A stretch of 28,716 bases of DNA from Candidatus Colwellbacteria bacterium (lineage in GTDB: Bacteria > Patescibacteriota > Minisyncoccia > UBA6257 > Colwellbacteraceae): assembly GCA_014874305.1 (NCBI GenBank), contig JACWAO010000028.1, forward strand, positions 1 to 28,716, in the 5' to 3' direction. This document shows positions 23,907-28,716 of the stretch, piece after piece. The translations under genes were made by a program, and so were the position numbers. Positions within the stretch are counted from its first letter, which is position 1, and each line of letters starts with the position of its first letter. The notes under the pieces were generated by a model that had not been told where the DNA came from, did no database searches, and was given only the letters and a program-made list of their open reading frames with translations.

Positions 23907-25415
23907 ATGAGATGGAATCGCGTTTTTGAGGCTATTCCGGCCTCATTCTCTCTGACTACGATACTAGCTTTTATATCCGCTTCTATCTTTTTGCCGTTTT
24001 ACACTGCGATTTTTGTGATACTTTTCGACACCTACTGGCTCTTAAAAACCATATACTTTTACTTTCATTTACAGACTACCGAGAGGGAACTGCAGAGGAA
24101 CTTGAAAATCGACTGGATGAAAAAGCTTGAGGAGGACTCTAAAACTTCTCATTTATGGGGGAGCGTGTACCATCTTGTTATTCTTCCTATGTATAAGGAA
24201 CCGCTTCCCGTGGTTAAGGAAAGTTTTGACGGACTTCTTAAGACGAGTTTTCCCAAGAAAAAGATGATAGTTGTTTTAGCGCAGGAGGAACGCGCGGGAG
24301 AAAAAGCGGCCGAGATCGGAAGAGAGATAGAAAAAATCTACGGGAAAAGCTTTTTCAAGTTCCTTGTAACTTCCCATCCGGCGGATATCCCCGGAGAGAT
24401 TCCCGGAAAGGGATCTAACGAAACCTGGGCGGCCAGGGAGGCTAAGGAGAAGATAATTGATCCGTTGAGCATCGATTATGAGAAGGTAATGGTTTCGGTT
24501 TTTGATGTTGATACCCAGGTCTCCCCGGAGTATTTCGCGATTCTTACATACGCGTTTTTAACGTCCCCTCATCCGCAGAGATCGAGTTACCAGCCGATCC
24601 CGTTTTTCAATAATAATATTTTTGATTCTCCGGCGCTGGCAAGAGTGATGGCGTACTCCACCACTTTCTGGGGAATGATGGAACAGTCGAGACCCGAGCA
24701 CCTGGTTACGTTTTCTTCCCACTCCACCCCGTTTAAGCCCTTGGCGGAGATGGGCTTTTGGGATACTAATGTGGTTTCCGAGGATTCGCATATCTTCTGG
24801 CAGCTTCTTACGCATTACCACGGTGATTGGCGGGTCGTTCCCTTGAAGTATCCGGTATCGATGGATGTTAACGTCGGTTCGAACTTCCGGCAGACGATCG
24901 GAAACCTTTACAAACAGCAAAGGCGCTGGGCCTGGGGAGTGGAGAATTTTCCGTATATAGTAACGAGATTTTTTTTCAACAAGAGCGTCATACCGTTAAG
25001 GAGCAAGCTTTACCGCGCCTACAGCGAGTTTAGCGGGACCTACTCATGGGCGATAAGCGCGATAATAGTTTCCCTGGGGTGGTTGCCCGTAGCCTTGGGG
25101 GGAAAGACGTTTAACAATACCGTTTTGTCTTACAACTTGCCGCACATCACGACCTATCTTATGTGGGTAGGATCTTTCGGAATAATAATGTCGGGAGTGA
25201 TTACTTTCTCTCTTTTACCTCCCAAGCCGGAATGGTTTAAGGCCCGCCATTATGTTTTTTACTTCGCTCAATGGTTTCTTATGCCGGTCAGCATGATCGT
25301 TCTAGGCGCTGCGCCGGCAATAGAGGCGCAAATCCGCCTTATGCTTGGGGGAAGGTTTCGTCTGGGCTTTTGGGTTACGCCGAAGAGCCGAAAAGAGAAG
25401 GTTGGGGTCTCCTGA
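23907..25415 (+). CDS. Processive-type GT2 glycosyltransferase (polytopic membrane protein)
   Basis: LPMYKE, GKGSNE, FDVDT, SEDSH, QQRRWAWG (D,D,D,QxxRW signature) with N- and C-terminal TM helices. Confidence 0.88.
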   Translation: MRWNRVFEAIPASFSLTTILAFISASIFLPFYTAIFVILFDTYWLLKTIYFYFHLQTTERELQRNLKIDWMKKLEEDSKTSHLWGSVYHLVILPMYKEPLPVVKESFDGLLKTSFPKKKMIVVLAQEERAGEKAAEIGREIEKIYGKSFFKFLVTSHPADIPGEIPGKGSNETWAAREAKEKIIDPLSIDYEKVMVSVFDVDTQVSPEYFAILTYAFLTSPHPQRSSYQPIPFFNNNIFDSPALARVMAYSTTFWGMMEQSRPEHLVTFSSHSTPFKPLAEMGFWDTNVVSEDSHIFWQLLTHYHGDWRVVPLKYPVSMDVNVGSNFRQTIGNLYKQQRRWAWGVENFPYIVTRFFFNKSVIPLRSKLYRAYSEFSGTYSWAISAIIVSLGWLPVALGGKTFNNTVLSYNLPHITTYLMWVGSFGIIMSGVITFSLLPPKPEWFKARHYVFYFAQWFLMPVSMIVLGAAPAIEAQIRLMLGGRFRLGFWVTPKSRKEKVGVS

Positions 25416-25449
25416 GCCGCGCCGCGTTTTTTGAGCTATAATAAATGTA

Positions 25450-26478
25450 ATGGAGATTGTGCTGGGGCTGCTTTTGGGGCTAGTCGCCGCCGCTATCGTT
25501 TACGCGGTGTTTTTCCGGCGCAAGGAGCCGCAGGACGGATCTTTGCTTTTAATCCAAAATCAGATAAACGAGATTAACCGGATGATAGACAGCCGCCTCG
25601 GCGATTTTTCCAAGTTTTCCCAAACGCAGATTGGGGAGAATTCGAAAATCGTGCGCGAGGTTACCGAAAAACTTACCAAGCTCGATGAAACCAACAAGCA
25701 GGTTGTTAATTTCGCCGATCAGTTGCGCGGACTGCAGGATATTTTAAAAAATCCGAAACAACGCGGGGTGCTCGGAGAGTATTATCTTGAAACCGTTTTG
25801 GGTAATGTTTTATCGCCGAAGAGTTTTGAGATACAGCACAAGTTCAGCAACGGGGAGATCGTGGACGCGGTTATTTTTTACGGCGACAAGATCATCCCGG
25901 TAGATTCCAAGTTTAGTTTGGAGAACTATAATCGTCTTATCGAGGCTAAGACGCCGGAGGAGAGGAAAAAAATGGAGGATCTGCTGCGTGCTGATTTAAA
26001 AGGCCGTATTGACGAAACCGCCAAATATGTGCGTCCGGCAGAGGGAACGATTGAATTCGCCTTTATGTTTATTCCCTCCGAGGCTCTCTACTACGACCTG
26101 CTGATAAATAAAGTGGGATCGATTACGGCTAGAGATTTAGTTGAGTACGCGGTGTATGAGAAGAGAGTTATTATAGTTTCCCCGACCTCGCTCCTCGCGT
26201 ACCTGCAGACCGTTATTCAGGGATTAAGGCAGATAGAGTTCAACAAGTCCGCGGAGTCGATAAGGAAAAATGTTATCGAACTTGGCCGGCGTTTAACAGA
26301 GTATGAGAAATATATAAGAGACGTCGGCACGCACCTTGGACAGACGGTTGGTTCGTATAACAAGGGGTACGCGAAGCTGAAGATGATAGACAAGGACGTG
26401 GTCAAGATTGGCGGGGAGAGTATGAAGATGGAACCGCCGGTTTTAGAGGCCCCGCACGAGGAGGCGGATGATCTATGA
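25450..26478 (+). CDS. rmuC: DNA recombination protein RmuC
   Basis: N-terminal TM and coiled coil; NPKQRGVLGE, VDAVI...IPVDSKFSL, FAFMFIPSEALY, VSPTSLLAYL. Confidence 0.9.
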   Translation: MEIVLGLLLGLVAAAIVYAVFFRRKEPQDGSLLLIQNQINEINRMIDSRLGDFSKFSQTQIGENSKIVREVTEKLTKLDETNKQVVNFADQLRGLQDILKNPKQRGVLGEYYLETVLGNVLSPKSFEIQHKFSNGEIVDAVIFYGDKIIPVDSKFSLENYNRLIEAKTPEERKKMEDLLRADLKGRIDETAKYVRPAEGTIEFAFMFIPSEALYYDLLINKVGSITARDLVEYAVYEKRVIIVSPTSLLAYLQTVIQGLRQIEFNKSAESIRKNVIELGRRLTEYEKYIRDVGTHLGQTVGSYNKGYAKLKMIDKDVVKIGGESMKMEPPVLEAPHEEADDL

Positions 26479-26614
26479 TTAGCAAATAAAGGAGCTAGCA
26501 AACAGTCCTTAAGCGTGAATCTTGGAATATGGGATCTTGGAGCTTGAAAATGTGGCCTGCGATTTATGATTCAAGTCTTGACAAGAGTACCCTTTCTTAC
26601 GTAAATAATAGACG

Positions 26615-26911
26615 ATGATAAAACTAAAACCGCTTTCGAATCATATCTTCCTTGAGCCGTTGGAAAACGAGAAGACGACCAAGTCGGGAATAGTCATTCC
26701 GGACACCGCCCAAGAAGAAAGGCCGATGAAGGGGAAGGTTTTGGCGACCGGACCGGGGAAGATGAACGAGAAAGGAGAAAGGGTTCCGATGTCCGTGAAA
26801 GTCGGGGACACGGTACTGTTCAAGAAGTACGGACCGGATGAGATAGAGATGGACGGAAAAAAATATCTGGTCGGGGACGAGGACGATGTCCTGGGAATTA
26901 TCGAGGAGTAG
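26615..26911 (+). CDS. groES: Co-chaperonin GroES
   Basis: LKPLSNHI, TTKSGIVIPDTA, PMSVKVGDTVLF.KY. Confidence 0.97.
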   Translation: MIKLKPLSNHIFLEPLENEKTTKSGIVIPDTAQEERPMKGKVLATGPGKMNEKGERVPMSVKVGDTVLFKKYGPDEIEMDGKKYLVGDEDDVLGIIEE

Positions 26912-28604
<1,693 letters not shown>

Positions 28605-28660
28605 AAGACGTAAGGTTCTTCTTATTTGAGTTAAATAGAAAATCTAGTACCATTACTATA

Positions 28661-28716
28661 ATGATCTATTTAATAATAATTATAGCCTTATTGCTTATCT
28701 GGGCCGTCTACAGTTA
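28661..28716 (+). CDS. Partial CDS: N-terminal TM helix, possibly LemA-like
   Basis: ATG 28661 gives MIYLIIIIALLLIWAVYS..., truncated by the window. The LemA guess rests only on the look of the TM start. Confidence 0.4.
   Translation, partial: MIYLIIIIALLLIWAVYS

Noticed and set aside
26478-26614. CIRCE/HrcA operator upstream of groES
   Set aside because: TTAGCA occurs once with a CTAGCA direct near-repeat, but there is no TTAGCACTC-N9-GAGTGCTAA inverted repeat.

Overview
Chromosomal window from a small-genome bacterium, most likely Patescibacteria/CPR (Parcubacteria-like). This is inferred from CPR-type pilin and hypothetical families, a compact ValRS, little Shine-Dalgarno signal and TGA used as stop. 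The housekeeping backbone is NrdH-like redoxin/trxB, gap, rpiB, tsaD, valS, prsW-like, hsp20, rmuC, groES/groEL, tRNA-Leu(TAA) and tRNA-Glu(TTC). Accessory parts: (i) a winged-helix + Cas2/PaaX-like gene followed by a perfect 34-bp palindrome that recurs, degenerate, 6 kb downstream; (ii) between the two palindromes, a single-TM protein coupled to a 1570-aa secreted Zn phospholipase C/S1-P1 nuclease + lamin-tail-domain protein, the pair showing alternating GC-rich and AT-rich blocks; (iii) two tandem membrane-protein paralogs, one fused to a type IV pilin head; (iv) a minus-strand operon with three GH130 domains, a stand-alone PMI cupin and a HIGH-type nucleotidyltransferase-phosphomannomutase fusion; (v) several families of short intergenic palindromes and heptamer arrays, two of which start at the hsp20 and groEL stop codons. 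No CRISPR array, transposase, integrase or reverse transcriptase was seen. All calls come from motif recognition by eye; no database searches were run.
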